From positions 20,306 through 84,305 of the forward strand of contig JANPIJ010000377.1 in assembly GCA_031424955.1 (NCBI GenBank): a stretch of 64,000 nt of DNA. The letters run 5' to 3'. This DNA comes from Ferruginibacter sp. GTDB lineage: Bacteria > Bacteroidota > Bacteroidia > Chitinophagales > Chitinophagaceae. Positions 1 to 12,500 of this stretch are shown in pieces. The notes under the pieces are model-generated. The model saw nothing but the letters and a program-made list of their open reading frames with translations, had not been told where the DNA came from and searched no databases. How positions within the stretch are numbered: position 1 is the first letter of the stretch; each line of letters starts with the position of its first letter. A program made the position numbers and the translations under genes.

Positions 1-3000
1 GCAGAGATCAATCTTACCGCCAGTAATGAATGGCCGCCCAGTTCAAAGAAATCATCGTGTACACCTACCTGTTCTACTTCCAGTACATCTTCCCAGATGG
101 CTGCCAATTTCGTTTCTGTTTCGTTGCGGGGTGCCACATACTGGCCGCTCGCAGACTCCCCTGCTTCAGGATCAGGCAATGCCTTCCGGTCTACCTTGCC
201 ATTGGCTGTTAAGGGCAAAGTTTCCAGTTCCACCAACACACCGGGTATCATGTAGTCCGGTAACTTTTCTTTCAAATATTTAACGATGGCTTCTTTGTCA
301 AACTCATCGCGGGGTACGATATACCCTACCAGTCGCTTATTGCCCTGCTTATCATCTTTTGCCAATACTACCGCCTGGCTCACCGATTCAACCTGTTGCA
401 GTATGGCTTCTATCTCACCTAATTCTATCCGGTACCCCCTGATCTTTACCTGGTCATCTACCCTGCCTAAAAAAGCAATATTGCCATCCGGCAGGAATTT
501 AACCTGGTCGCCGGTGGCATACATCCATTCTTCCCTTTCTTTATTAAATGGGTTGATGATAAATTTCTCTTTTGTTAATGCCGCATTGTTATAATATCCT
601 TTCGCCACCCCGTCGCCTGATATATACAACTGTCCGGGTACACCTACCGGGCAGGGCTGCAACTCTTGCGACAATACATACACTTTGGTATTGGAAAAAG
701 GTTTGCCGATCGGGATGGTCTTTTCGTAAGTATTTGCAGCGCTTACTACATGCAGCAGTTTACCAATCGTAGTTTCTGTCGGGCCATAATGGTTTACTAC
801 CAGGCAGCCAGATCCCGATGAGCGGATCTCTTCTGCTGTATCCGATGGAAGGGCTTCGCCTCCAAATACCAATAGCTTTTTAGGCAACAGCAATCCATCA
901 TCCTGCGAGAGCGCCTTCCAGTGTGAAGGAACTATTTTAAGGCAATCAATTTTATGATCTGCAAAATAATTGTGCAGCGCCTCAATATTACTCACCGTTT
1001 CTTTTGTAAATAAATGCAAGGCTCCGCCCGATAACAGTGCCGCATAAATAACGGTGTTTCCCAGGTCGGTGGCGATGGTAGATACCAGCGCAAAGGATTT
1101 GCTTTGGGCTATTGGGGTGTACTTATTTAATCCATAGTAGTAATCCAGCAGGCTGCGGTGTTCGATCATTACGCCCTTTGGTTTGCCGGTAGAGCCGGAA
1201 GTATAAATCACATAAGCCAGTTGACTGGCCAGGGGTTTAATGGATAAATTTTCTTTGGACAGATCACTTCCAATATTATCCGTTTCTATGATCGCTACGC
1301 CTGCTTCAATTTCCAGTTTGCCGCTGCTGTTACTGCTGCTTACAATTATTTTTGCTCCGGTATCTTCCAGCATATAACCAATGCGTTCCGGTGGAAAATC
1401 AGTATCAATCGGAACATAGGCTCCACCGGCTTTCATTATCCCCAACATGCCGACCATCATTTCCAAACCACGTTCTACATACAGGGGAACCAGGGTTTCT
1501 GATGTTACCCCGCGGCTAATTAAATAATGCGCCAACTGGTTGGCCCGGTTGTTCAACTGCTCGTAAGTCATTGTTTCGCCTTCAAAAACCAAAGCAGTAC
1601 TGCCCGGTGTTTGTAACACCTGTTCTTCAAAGATTGCCACCACACTCTTATCTTTTGGATAATCAACCTGGGCGGTATTAAATTCTTCCAGTAACTGGTG
1701 ATGCTCTGGCTGGGTGAGCATCGGGAGTTGACCAATTTTTTGATGAATATCTTTTACAACCGCATTCAACAGTTGCTGGTAATGCGCCATCATGTTTTCA
1801 ATGGTAGCTGCATTAAACAGATCGGTGCTGTATTCGATGGAACATTGTAATCCCCCAGGAATTTCTGCTATAAAATAAGTAATGTCAAACTTGGATACCT
1901 GGGCATCAAAGTCCTGAACAGATAATTCCACCCCACTCAAATGCAATTCGGAGACTTCCGGCGTATTGAACAAAACGAGCATTACCTGGAACAGCGGACT
2001 ACGGTTCATACTCCTCTCCTTTACCACCGCTTCCACCACTTTTTCAAAGGGTACATCCTGGTGCTCATAGGCACCAAGGGTGGTGGACTTTACCTGTTGC
2101 AGCAATTCCATGAAACTTTGCTCACCACTAAGCTCGCTGCGCAGGGCGAGTGTATTTACAAAATAGCCTACCAGGCCTTCTACTTCCTGCTGTGGCCGGT
2201 TGGCGATGGAGGTACCGACGCTGATATCCGCCTGGCCGCTGTAGCGGTAAAGCAATACTTTAAATATTGACAGCAGGGTCATAAAAATAGTGGCTCCCTG
2301 TTGACGGCTAATTTCCTGCAACTGCGCAGACAAAACTTTATCGATATTAAAACCTACCGAAGCTCCCCGGCTACTTCCTGTTGCCGGGCGGAGGTAATCA
2401 GTTGGTAAATTCAGGGCGGAAACCCCCTCCAGTTTCTCCTTCCAATACCCCAATTCTTTATTCAATATTTCCCCTTGCAAATAACCCCGCTGCCAGATCG
2501 CATAATCGGCATATTGTAATTCCAATTCTGTTAAGTGTGCAGGACGTTGCTCTGCGAACGAGCTATACAACTCAACCACTTCCTTTACCAATACCGACAA
2601 AGACCATGCATCTGAAGCAATATGATGCATCGTGACCACCAGCATATACTCCTGCTCATCAACCGATATCAGGGAGGCCCGCAGCATAAAATCTTTCGAC
2701 AGGTCGAAGGGTTTGCGGATAAGATCCCTTGCATATTTATTTAATCCTTCCCGGTCATGCCGGTATCCTGATCCATTTATCAATTCCAAAGTCCATTCTG
2801 CTCCACTGCTTACTGACTGGTATACACGACCGCCTTCCTCTACAAATACCGTCCGCAAAACCTCGTGACGCATTATAATCGAATGTAATGCCGCTTCCAG
2901 ACCTGCCTTATTTAAATCTCCCCTGAATAAAAGTACCACCGGCGAATGATACTCTACACTTCCTTCCAACTGGTCAATAAACCATAACCGCTCCTGGCTG

Positions 3001-6000
3001 AATGATAAAGGAATTTGGGCAGGACGGTCTTTAATTTTCTCTATAATTGGTAACAATGAGTTTGTTTCCTGCTCTTTAAAAATATCCGTCAACTCATTAA
3101 TGGTAGGATGGAAGTACAAGTCCTTTAAAGCCAATTCCAGTCCGAGCTCTTTTCGAATTGCTGAAATCAATCTCATGGCAAGAAGCGAATGACCACCCAG
3201 TTCAAAAAAATTGTCTTTTATTCCAACAGGTCTGTTCGGAAGTAAACGCTGCCAGATAGCTGCCAGTTTTTCTTCCATTTTGTTCCGTGGAGCTATATAC
3301 TGATAACTGGTTTCCGAATCTATTTCCGGTTCAGGTAGTGCTTTTTTATTTACTTTTCCATTTACATTTAAGGGAAGGCTTTCCAATTCCATCCATAAAG
3401 CCGGTATCATATAGTCCGGCAACAAATTACTTAGGTAAAAAACCATTCCCTCTTTGTCGAACCTGCCTTTAGGCACTACGTATCCTACCAGCCGCTTGTT
3501 ATTGTATTTATCTATACATGCTACCACCACTGATTGTTCTATCATTCCTGACTGCTGTAGCACACTTTCAATTTCACCCAATTCTATCCGGTAGCCACGG
3601 ATCTTTACCTGGTCATCTTTTCTTCCTAAAAATTCAACATTTCCGTCCGGAAGCCAGCGACCTAAATCTCCTGTTTTGTATAAGGTTGCACCAGGTTTTT
3701 GATGATAAGGGTCTTTAAAAAACTTTTCAGCAGTTAATTCCGGACGATTTAAATACCCCCGGGCAACCTGAACCCCACCAATAACTATTTCACCTGTAAC
3801 GCCAATGGGAACCAATGCGTTTTCTTCGCCCATAATATACACACTAGTTGTTTCTATTGGCCTACCTAATAAAGAAGTTGCGGATATGTCTTCAATTTTG
3901 TTATAGGTAGCGCATACGGTCGTTTCCGTAGGTCCATAACCGTTCACAATATTTACCCGGCCAAACAATTGATCTATCGACGACGGAAAAAGTACATCAC
4001 CCCCTAAAATAAAATATCTTAATTTACCAGTTGAAACCAACTCCTTATTTAACCAATCTATCACCATGGGAGTGGTACTTAAAATAGTTGCTTGGTTATT
4101 TTCAATATATTGTTTTATAGTATTAACATCTTTACCACCCTCTTTTATTATGCACACAGAAGCTCCTGATATTAATGCGGGAAAGATTTCTTCAACACTT
4201 GTATCGAATGATATAGAAAATTGTTGAAGTACAAAGTCATAAGCATTTATAGAAAAATAATTTTTAAAAACAGATACATAATTGAAAAAGGAAGCATGTT
4301 CTATCATTACTCCTTTAGGCCATCCTGTGGAGCCTGATGTATATATAACATACGCAAGATGAGTGGGTTCAATAATATTCAAAAGATTGTGTTCCGATTG
4401 TTCGCTAATAAAAGACCAATCGTTCTCTAAATCTATCATTTCAAATAAGTCCCTGCCATGCAGTTTGGATTTGCCTGATTTGCCTGTCACTACTATATTT
4501 GCGTGTGTATCCTCCAGCATGTAGTTTATCCTGTCTTGGGGATAATCCGGGTCTATTGGAACATAAGCCCCGCCTGCTTTCAAAATCCCCAACATCCCCA
4601 CAATCATATTTAAAGAACGTTCAATACAAATCGGTACCAGTGTTTCTTCTCTAACGCCTTTACTTCGCAGATAATGGGCAACTTTATTGGCACGCTCATT
4701 TAGTTCTTTATAACTGAGCTGTTCATCTTCAAAAATCACGGCAGTATTTTCCGGAGTTTTTGTTACCTGTTCTTCAAAAAGGGTAATGACTGTCTTCTCT
4801 TCCGGAAATGCTGACTTTGTATGGTTAAACTCTTTCAATATTTGAGACTCTTCTGCTTCAGACAACATTTGAAGCTCGCCTACCTTTCGCTGAGGATCTT
4901 TGACAATAGCATTTAATAACACCTGGTAATGCAGCATCATTTTATTGATCGTCTGTTCAGTAAAAATATCTGTACAATATTCCACTGTTAGCAAATGACC
5001 ATCGACCTCTTCTGAAACACTAACCGTGATATCAAACTGAGCTGTATTGTGTTCAGCGGGTTCTGATTGTAAAGTAATGCCCGGCAACTGCATTTCGGTG
5101 ATTTCAGCCGTGTTTTGCGATACAAACATGACCTGAAATAGTGGATTCCGGCTAAGATCTCTTTCCTTCAAGACAACCTCCACTACTTTTTCAAAAGGTA
5201 CATCCTGGTAGTCATAAGCTTCAATAGTAGTTGCTTTTACCTGCTGAAGCAAATCAATAAACGAAGCCTTACTATTAACCTTACTGCGTAAGGCGAGCGT
5301 GTTTACAAAAAAACCGATCATACTTTCGACCTCCAATTGCGTCCTGTTGGCAATAGGGGTGCCGACACAAATATCCTCCTGCCCGCTATAACGGTGAAGT
5401 AAAACTTTAAAAGCCGCGAGGAGGGTCATAAATAAAGTAGCTCCTTGCTGTTGGCTCAACTCCTGCAGCTTTTGAGATAAAGATTTATCTATTTCGAAAA
5501 AACACAGATCCCCTTTTGTACTTTGAACCGCCGGGCGGATATAATCGACAGGCAATTGCAATGGGGATAAACCTTCCAATTTGCTTTTCCAATAATCAAT
5601 TTTCTTATTTAACACTTCTCCATCCAGGTATTTGCGTTGCCAGATTGCATAGTCTGCGTATTGGATCTCCAAATGCGCCAATGTTAGTTGCGTCCCCTGC
5701 ACAAAGGAATTGTATATTTCAGCTATTTCATTAATCAAAATAGGCATCGACCATCCATCGGAAGCAATATGATGCAGCGTGATCACGAGCATATTTTCTT
5801 CGGGTGAAAGATGGATCAATGTTGCCCGTAGCATATAATCCCTGGCCAGGTCGAATGGCGTATTTATTAGATGCTGAACAAATGATTTAAATTCTTTACT
5901 ATCTTCTGTAAAATCAAACCCATCTTTCACAGATAATTCCCATTTATATCCGTCCCGGATAATTTGATAGGGTTGCCCCTCCCTTTCTTCAATTACCGTC

Positions 6001-6548
6001 CTTAACACTTCATGCCGTTCTATCAATGTTTTCAGGGAAAAAATTAAAGCGTCCTCATTTAAGTTCCCTTTTAAACGTAATACTGCAGGTATATGATAGG
6101 GAATACTTCCTTCCAACTGATCTATAAACCATAACCGTTCCTGGCTAAATGATAATGGGATATGGGCAGGTCGCGGATGAACCGAAGCAATGGAAGGATA
6201 GGGTTCGCTTTTTTTACTTTGCTGAATTAAAGCAGCCAGTTGTTGAATGGTTGGATTTAGGAAAACATCTGCAAGTTCTAACTCAACCAGCAATACGTTT
6301 GAAATGCGGGAAATCAGTTGGATGGCTTTTAAACTATTGCCGCCAGATTTGAAAAAATCATTGGTTACCCCAAAACTCTTTTGTCCCAATAGGCCCTTCC
6401 AGATATCAAATAAATGCTGCTCCGTTTCATCCACAGGAAGCTGTATCCCCTGATCTCCCGGAATATTTCCATGTTGTATGTTGGATAAATTCAGCAGATC
6501 CTTCCCGGTTTTGCCAAGCAGGGTTTTATTAAACGGTTTGCGCTTCAT
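1..6548 (-). CDS. Non-ribosomal peptide synthetase, T-C-A-T-C-A-T..., truncated by the left window edge
   Basis: Absent from the ORF track, presumably because no stop falls inside the window. ATG at 6548 (MKRKPFNK...). Motifs spot-checked by hand all fall in one frame: T DFFKSGGNSL (~6340), C HHIASDGWS (~5760), A YTSGSTGWPKG (~4320), T DNFFELGGHSL (~3190), C HHIASDAWS (~2610), A YTSGSTGKPKG (~1190), T DDFFELGGHSL (~30). Hand-derived A codes: DTESIGGVCK (Lys-like) and DLTKVGHIGK (Asp). Confidence 0.93.
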   Translation of the reverse strand, partial: MKRKPFNKTLLGKTGKDLLNLSNIQHGNIPGDQGIQLPVDETEQHLFDIWKGLLGQKSFGVTNDFFKSGGNSLKAIQLISRISNVLLVELELADVFLNPTIQQLAALIQQSKKSEPYPSIASVHPRPAHIPLSFSQERLWFIDQLEGSIPYHIPAVLRLKGNLNEDALIFSLKTLIERHEVLRTVIEEREGQPYQIIRDGYKWELSVKDGFDFTEDSKEFKSFVQHLINTPFDLARDYMLRATLIHLSPEENMLVITLHHIASDGWSMPILINEIAEIYNSFVQGTQLTLAHLEIQYADYAIWQRKYLDGEVLNKKIDYWKSKLEGLSPLQLPVDYIRPAVQSTKGDLCFFEIDKSLSQKLQELSQQQGATLFMTLLAAFKVLLHRYSGQEDICVGTPIANRTQLEVESMIGFFVNTLALRSKVNSKASFIDLLQQVKATTIEAYDYQDVPFEKVVEVVLKERDLSRNPLFQVMFVSQNTAEITEMQLPGITLQSEPAEHNTAQFDITVSVSEEVDGHLLTVEYCTDIFTEQTINKMMLHYQVLLNAIVKDPQRKVGELQMLSEAEESQILKEFNHTKSAFPEEKTVITLFEEQVTKTPENTAVIFEDEQLSYKELNERANKVAHYLRSKGVREETLVPICIERSLNMIVGMLGILKAGGAYVPIDPDYPQDRINYMLEDTHANIVVTGKSGKSKLHGRDLFEMIDLENDWSFISEQSEHNLLNIIEPTHLAYVIYTSGSTGWPKGVMIEHASFFNYVSVFKNYFSINAYDFVLQQFSISFDTSVEEIFPALISGASVCIIKEGGKDVNTIKQYIENNQATILSTTPMVIDWLNKELVSTGKLRYFILGGDVLFPSSIDQLFGRVNIVNGYGPTETTVCATYNKIEDISATSLLGRPIETTSVYIMGEENALVPIGVTGEIVIGGVQVARGYLNRPELTAEKFFKDPYHQKPGATLYKTGDLGRWLPDGNVEFLGRKDDQVKIRGYRIELGEIESVLQQSGMIEQSVVVACIDKYNNKRLVGYVVPKGRFDKEGMVFYLSNLLPDYMIPALWMELESLPLNVNGKVNKKALPEPEIDSETSYQYIAPRNKMEEKLAAIWQRLLPNRPVGIKDNFFELGGHSLLAMRLISAIRKELGLELALKDLYFHPTINELTDIFKEQETNSLLPIIEKIKDRPAQIPLSFSQERLWFIDQLEGSVEYHSPVVLLFRGDLNKAGLEAALHSIIMRHEVLRTVFVEEGGRVYQSVSSGAEWTLELINGSGYRHDREGLNKYARDLIRKPFDLSKDFMLRASLISVDEQEYMLVVTMHHIASDAWSLSVLVKEVVELYSSFAEQRPAHLTELELQYADYAIWQRGYLQGEILNKELGYWKEKLEGVSALNLPTDYLRPATGSSRGASVGFNIDKVLSAQLQEISRQQGATIFMTLLSIFKVLLYRYSGQADISVGTSIANRPQQEVEGLVGYFVNTLALRSELSGEQSFMELLQQVKSTTLGAYEHQDVPFEKVVEAVVKERSMNRSPLFQVMLVLFNTPEVSELHLSGVELSVQDFDAQVSKFDITYFIAEIPGGLQCSIEYSTDLFNAATIENMMAHYQQLLNAVVKDIHQKIGQLPMLTQPEHHQLLEEFNTAQVDYPKDKSVVAIFEEQVLQTPGSTALVFEGETMTYEQLNNRANQLAHYLISRGVTSETLVPLYVERGLEMMVGMLGIMKAGGAYVPIDTDFPPERIGYMLEDTGAKIIVSSSNSSGKLEIEAGVAIIETDNIGSDLSKENLSIKPLASQLAYVIYTSGSTGKPKGVMIEHRSLLDYYYGLNKYTPIAQSKSFALVSTIATDLGNTVIYAALLSGGALHLFTKETVSNIEALHNYFADHKIDCLKIVPSHWKALSQDDGLLLPKKLLVFGGEALPSDTAEEIRSSGSGCLVVNHYGPTETTIGKLLHVVSAANTYEKTIPIGKPFSNTKVYVLSQELQPCPVGVPGQLYISGDGVAKGYYNNAALTKEKFIINPFNKEREEWMYATGDQVKFLPDGNIAFLGRVDDQVKIRGYRIELGEIEAILQQVESVSQAVVLAKDDKQGNKRLVGYIVPRDEFDKEAIVKYLKEKLPDYMIPGVLVELETLPLTANGKVDRKALPDPEAGESASGQYVAPRNETETKLAAIWEDVLEVEQVGVHDDFFELGGHSLLAVRLIS

Positions 6549-9500
6549 GTTTATTGGGAGCAGTTTTTTTTGTTAATAAGCGGTAATACGAATTGTTCAA
6601 TGTATCTGTCAACCAGTTGGTACGGGTTAAAAAATCCTGGAACGGTTTATTTTTTTCTGTGGCTTTAAACAATGCGGTAATCCTTTGTAATCCCTGGCCC
6701 TCAGCATATTTCTCCAATTCATTTAGAATATGATCTTCTACATTCCGGCCCAATACCCTGCAACTTAGCAGGAAGGAATTTATAAACAGTGAATGCTCTT
6801 TTTTCTCTGCAAGCACAATCCCCACGATACCATAATCACCAAACCGGTCCTTTACATCTACCACCCAGTTAATAGTATTTTCCTCCTGCATCAACCCGGC
6901 AATTTCAACGGGTGTTTTCCGGACACCATTTAAATTAAATTGATTCGTTCTTAATGTAAGTTGCACTGCACGTTCCAGTTCGTTCGCAGTTAATGGATTG
7001 ATGTTGACTTTTATTTCCAGTGTCTCCAGGAAATCTTCCAGCGAACCAAATTTTTCCTGTTCATCTTTGCGTTGCTTCTCCAACTGGTACAATTGATTTC
7101 TTTTAGCATCTTCAGCGGTAATCCGAAATGTATCGAAGGCCCAGATATGATCCAGGAAATTGCCATAGTCTTCTGAGCTATCGGGCAGGGGAATTGCAAA
7201 TACATCCGGACAGCCAACCGACATTTGTTCAATTTCAAATTCGCTGTCATCCAAAAAGATAAAGCTGGCCAGGCCAAGATTTAACTCACTGGCAATTGAT
7301 ACCAGGTTGCCGGATTTAGGTTGCCAGTTGATGCGATGCGCCGCAATATGTTCCCGTTTTAATTTCATGCCGGGATGCCTGTCGAATACTTCCCAAACAT
7401 CGGCTTCATTATTTTTACTACACAATACCAGCAGGAAACCTTCCTTGTATTTTTCGAGTACAAATTCCTGCAAGCGGCTAAAATTTTCATCAATGGTTAC
7501 TTCCATTGCACCCAATTCGCCGCAAACACCTTTCCACAATGTATTGTCACAATCCAGTGCAATTACTTTGTACCCCGGACCTTTAAAAGCATTTACTTTT
7601 CGTGCCAGATAAGTTCCCAATGCAGCATAAAATTCCTGGCTGAATGGCATGTGTCCCAACTCATCTGATTTGGCATCAAACAGTTCTTCCACAGCATAGA
7701 GGCGGGCAATTTTTTCCAGGTCCAATAAATCAAACCGGGGTTGCGCTTCTACCAGGTTTACCAACTGATTGTTAAGGCTCGTTATGGTAGTGATTATTAG
7801 CGGCGATAAGTCAGTGCTTTCGCTCACCGGTACAATTCCTATGAAAAATGGAACGGCGGTATTGCTGCCTGCATTTGTAAGTAGTTTGCAAAAGTCTTCA
7901 AACGTTTTATATAAAAAAGCAAGCTGCTCAGATTCAGATTGCCCTGAGATATCCCTGATCCAATCCTGTACCCGGATAACCAGTACATTGATCCCAGTAG
8001 CCGTGTTTAAGCCGCTTTGAGGATTGATCAATTGCTGAAATACCTGGTTGTAGGGAGCAAAGGAAAGCTTAATATTCAGTTCAAATTCGTTGCTCCAGTA
8101 TTCCACAAATTCCTGTACGGGTTCCATCACGAAGGATGAGCAAATATGGAGGGGCATTTCAGGAATGGTTTCGACTGTATCTTCTATCATATTTTCGGCC
8201 TTTGCAGTCTCTTCTGCCCAGCCGCCATAGTCCTGTAATGTTTTGCCTGGTTCATTAACCACACTGGTCAGCAGTTCCACAAACTGGTCCATAAAGGATT
8301 GCATGGTTTCGGGTAGAAATAATTTTGAATTGTAGCTTAGGTAAAAATCAAGTGCATTACCGTCGGGCTCAATATCGAGTTTGAAATCCAGCACCGATTG
8401 AAACAAATCATCCTGTATTTCCTGGTAAGGTTTTATAGCAATACCAATATCTGCCAATTGCTCCTTTCCCAACCCGTTCCTTCCTGCCAAATCATTTTCC
8501 AGGTGAAAATTGACCATGGTATCAAAGAAGGGATTGCGGGATACATCGCGGTCGGGGATGCATTCTTCCACCATCCGATCAAAAGGATAGTCCTGGTGGT
8601 TGTATGCCTGCACAAGTGCCTGGTTACTGTCTTCGAGGTAAGTGGATAAGCTCAGTGATTTAGCCGGTGCTAATTTTACAGGGAGAAAATTGATAAACAC
8701 ACCTACCAGGTTTTCCAGGTCAAGATGGCTTCTGCCGGAACTTAAAGAACCGATCACAACTTCTTCCTGGCCACTCAAACGGGCGGCAACCAATCCGTAT
8801 AATGCAAACAACAAATTGTTTAAGGACATATTACACTCAATGGCCTTTTTGCGCAGATCATTGGTGAATGATTCGGATATATGGCTATGCAACATGGCGC
8901 CAAAAAACGTGAGCACTTTGGGCCTTTCAAAATCAACCGGAAAGTTTAAAACCGGCACCCCATTTTTAAACAAATCCCTCCAATATTGTCCCTGTTGTTC
9001 AAAGGCTGCAGCGTGCCAGGCTGCATAATCCCTATATTGAATGGGCAAGGGTGGCAGAGCGGGTTGAGTGCCCATGCAGATTGCTTTATAGGCCTGTAAC
9101 AGTTCTTGTATCAAGATGCCCTTTGACCAGCCATCGCTGATGATATGATGAATATTAAAAACCAGGACAAACCGGTTGGCTGTTTCCTGGAAAATAGTAG
9201 TGCGCAGCAATGGCCCTTTTGATAAATCAAACGGCCGCTTCGCATCTTCCTCCAGCCACTGCTTAATGATTACAGATGGATTGGTTTGCTGTTGCAGATC
9301 GATTGTTTCCATTACAAATCCGGATGCATTGGCAGCTAGTATTTTTTGTTTTGGCTCTCCCGTTGTTTTTACAAAAACTGTCCTTAAAATTTCATGCCTG
9401 TCAATCACAAAATCAAAAGCCTTTTTAAATGCAGGCACATTAAAATCGCCCTCAACAATAAAAGCGCTGGAAACATTGTAGGCCTGGGAGCCTTCTCTGA

Positions 9501-12500
9501 AATGACTCAATACCCAGAACCTTTTTTGCGCATGGGATAAATCATACAACTCCTGTGGAGCAAGGCTTTTTATCTCAACAAATAATTGTTGCTTTTCCAA
9601 CGCTATTGCCATACCCAGTTGCCGGATAGTAGGATTGGAAAAAATGGTACTGATATCAATTTTGACATTTAATAGTTTATGTATCCTGGAGGTAAGCCGA
9701 ATGGCATTCAGGCTATGCCCTCCCAGTTCAAAAAAATTATCGTTTACGCCTACCCTGTCTACCTTCAAAATGTCTTTCCAGGCAGCAGCGAGTTTAAACT
9801 CAATATCATTAGCCGGTGCCAGGTATTCGTTACTAACCAACTCACCGGCATCCGGATCGGGCAATGCCTTCCTGTTTACTTTACCGTTGGAAGTAAGGGG
9901 GATGCTTTCGAGTGTTACCCATAAGGCGGGTACCATATAGTCAGGCAACTTCTTTCTTAAAAAAGTTTGAATGGCATCCTTGTTAAATGAACCTTCCGGC
10001 ACAATATATCCCACCAATCTTTTATTCCCTTCCTTATCTTCCCGGGCCAGTACCACGGCCTGCCTTACCATATCCATTTCCTGCAAGGTGTTTTCAATTT
10101 CGCCCAGTTCAATCCGGAAGCCCCTGATTTTTACCTGCTCATCTATGCGGCCGAGGTACTCGATATTCCCATCGGTTAACCATCGGCCAAGATCACCCGT
10201 TTTATACATCTTTGCACCCGCTTCATCACTGATGGGGTCGGTTACAAATTTTTCGGCAGTCAATTCCGGAAGACCCAAATAGCCACGCCCCACCTGCACA
10301 CCACCGATAAATATTTCTCCGGAACATCCAAGGGGTGCTATTTCGTTTTCTTTATTTAAAATGTAAACGGAGGTATTGGCAACCGGCCTCCCGATTGGCA
10401 CCAGGCTGATATCGCCTGTTGTTTCCGGCATCTTCCAGAAAGTTACATCTATCGCGGCTTCGGTAGGGCCATATAAATTATGTAATTCCGAACCAGGCAA
10501 TTTTTCTTTAAACAGCGCTACCTGTGATGGCTTTAATGCTTCCCCGCTGCACAACACTTTCATCAATCCCGGGCAATCTCCCGGGTTTAATGCCGGCAAA
10601 AAAACTTCCAGCATGGAGGGAACAAAATGAATCACCGTTATTTTCTGGCGATCAATAATATCTTTTAAATATTCATTATCCTTATGGGCTTCCGGTTTGG
10701 CAAATACCAGTTTGGAGCCAGCTAACAGGGGCAATAAAAGTTCCCATACGGATACGTCAAAACAAAAAGTTGTCTTTTGTAAAACAGCGTCTTCGGGTGA
10801 AATCTGGTAGTAATCTTTCGCCCAGCATAACCGGTTTACCACTCCCCTGTGTTCATTCATTGCTCCCTTGGGCCTACCGGTAGAACCCGAAGTATAAATC
10901 ATATAAGCCAACTGGTTCGGTTGAATAGCAATGGACAAATTAGCGGTTGACTCCCTGCTGATGGCAAGGCAATCTTCTCCATCCAATACTACCATTTCCA
11001 TACCTCCGAAAGCCGGTATTTTCAAACTGCTTTCTCTGGTGGTTACGATTATTTTGGCGGCTATATTTTCCAGCATATAGCTGATCCTTTCTGCAGGATA
11101 CTCCGGATCGATGGGTACATAGGCTCCCCCGGCTTTCAGGATGCCCAATATCCCAATGATCATTGCTGCACTACGTTCCAGGCAAATGGGAACCAGCGTT
11201 TCTTCCTTTACACCTTTGCTGCGCAGGTAATATGCCAGTTGATTTGCACGATCGTTTAATTCTTTATAGGTAAGTTGATCGCCATCAAAAACAACTGCTG
11301 TTGCATCCGGGCTTTTTAACACCTGTTCCTCCAATAAATCTACCAGGCTCTTATCATTTGGAAAGGATGCTTTGGTATTATTAAAATGTTCAATGATACC
11401 CCGTTCATTAGCGGGAAGGGGATCAATGCATGCGAGGGTATTATCAAGGTTTGATGGAAATTGCTCAATGATAAAAAGAATGCGGTTGATGAATAATGCT
11501 ATTTCCTGCTGGTTAAAATATTCATTCCTGTAATAAACATACAGCTGTAATGGCTGATGATCGCCATAGGCTCTCCAGCTTATTTGTAACGGATCCCGGA
11601 GTTGATCGTTCGCCAATCTTTCAACATCCGCTGAGAGGCCATCGCCAAAATTCAACTCAAAATCCAGCGGTTCATAATTGACGGTAATTTCCTGTAAGTA
11701 ACCTTCGTGCGGTTGAGATTTAAGATTGCGGGATATATTACCGATGGGATAATGCTGGTGCCGGTAATCTTCCCGCTGAGCAGTTGAAATTTCTTTTAAA
11801 AGGTCCGTTAGCTTCTGATCTTTTTGATAGCTGCTTTTGAATGGTAAGATGCCACTGAACATGCCAACAACAGTCTTTAACTTTTTGGTGGCTCTTTTAT
11901 GAACCGCTGTACCAAAAATAAACTCAGTAGAATCCGTTGTTTTCCCCAAATAAATGGATAGTGCGGCTATTGTTAATTGCTGTAAACCTGTTTTGGTAAC
12001 CAGCTGTAATTCGTCCAGTAATTTTCTTTTTGCCGGATCAATTTCCAACACATACCTGCTGCTGGAATTGCCGGTACTATCCAACGCAGGATATTTAGCG
12101 GCCAGCACTTTACTGGATTTTTCCGCGATCTTATTTTTCCAGTAGTTTTCATCCAACACATAATCCGGAGATGTAAAATACTCTGCAGCCCTGGCGGCTA
12201 CTTCAGTATAGGATGGGTAACTGAACAGTAATCCATCTTTCCTTACAAGGGATTGATATTTCTGCGCTATATATTTTACCAGCACTACAAAACCATACCC
12301 ATCCGTCAGCAGGTGATGGTACTTCCCATAAAACCAATATTCTTCTTCGCTGATTTTAATTAAAAAATTTTCAAATAAAACGGAAGATTCTTTTAATTCA
12401 AATGGAATATTAAATTGCTTTTGCAGCCGGCGCTTTGCTTCCTCCATTGGATTGTCAAAGCCGCTCAGGTCTAATTCGGTTAAGTGGTGGCAGTTATAAT

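Noticed and set aside
26-6453. Many short plus-strand ORFs in the track over the first 6.5 kb, suggesting a gene-poor or fragmented region
   Set aside because: They are antisense shadows of one minus-strand NRPS frame whose motifs all fall in the same frame.
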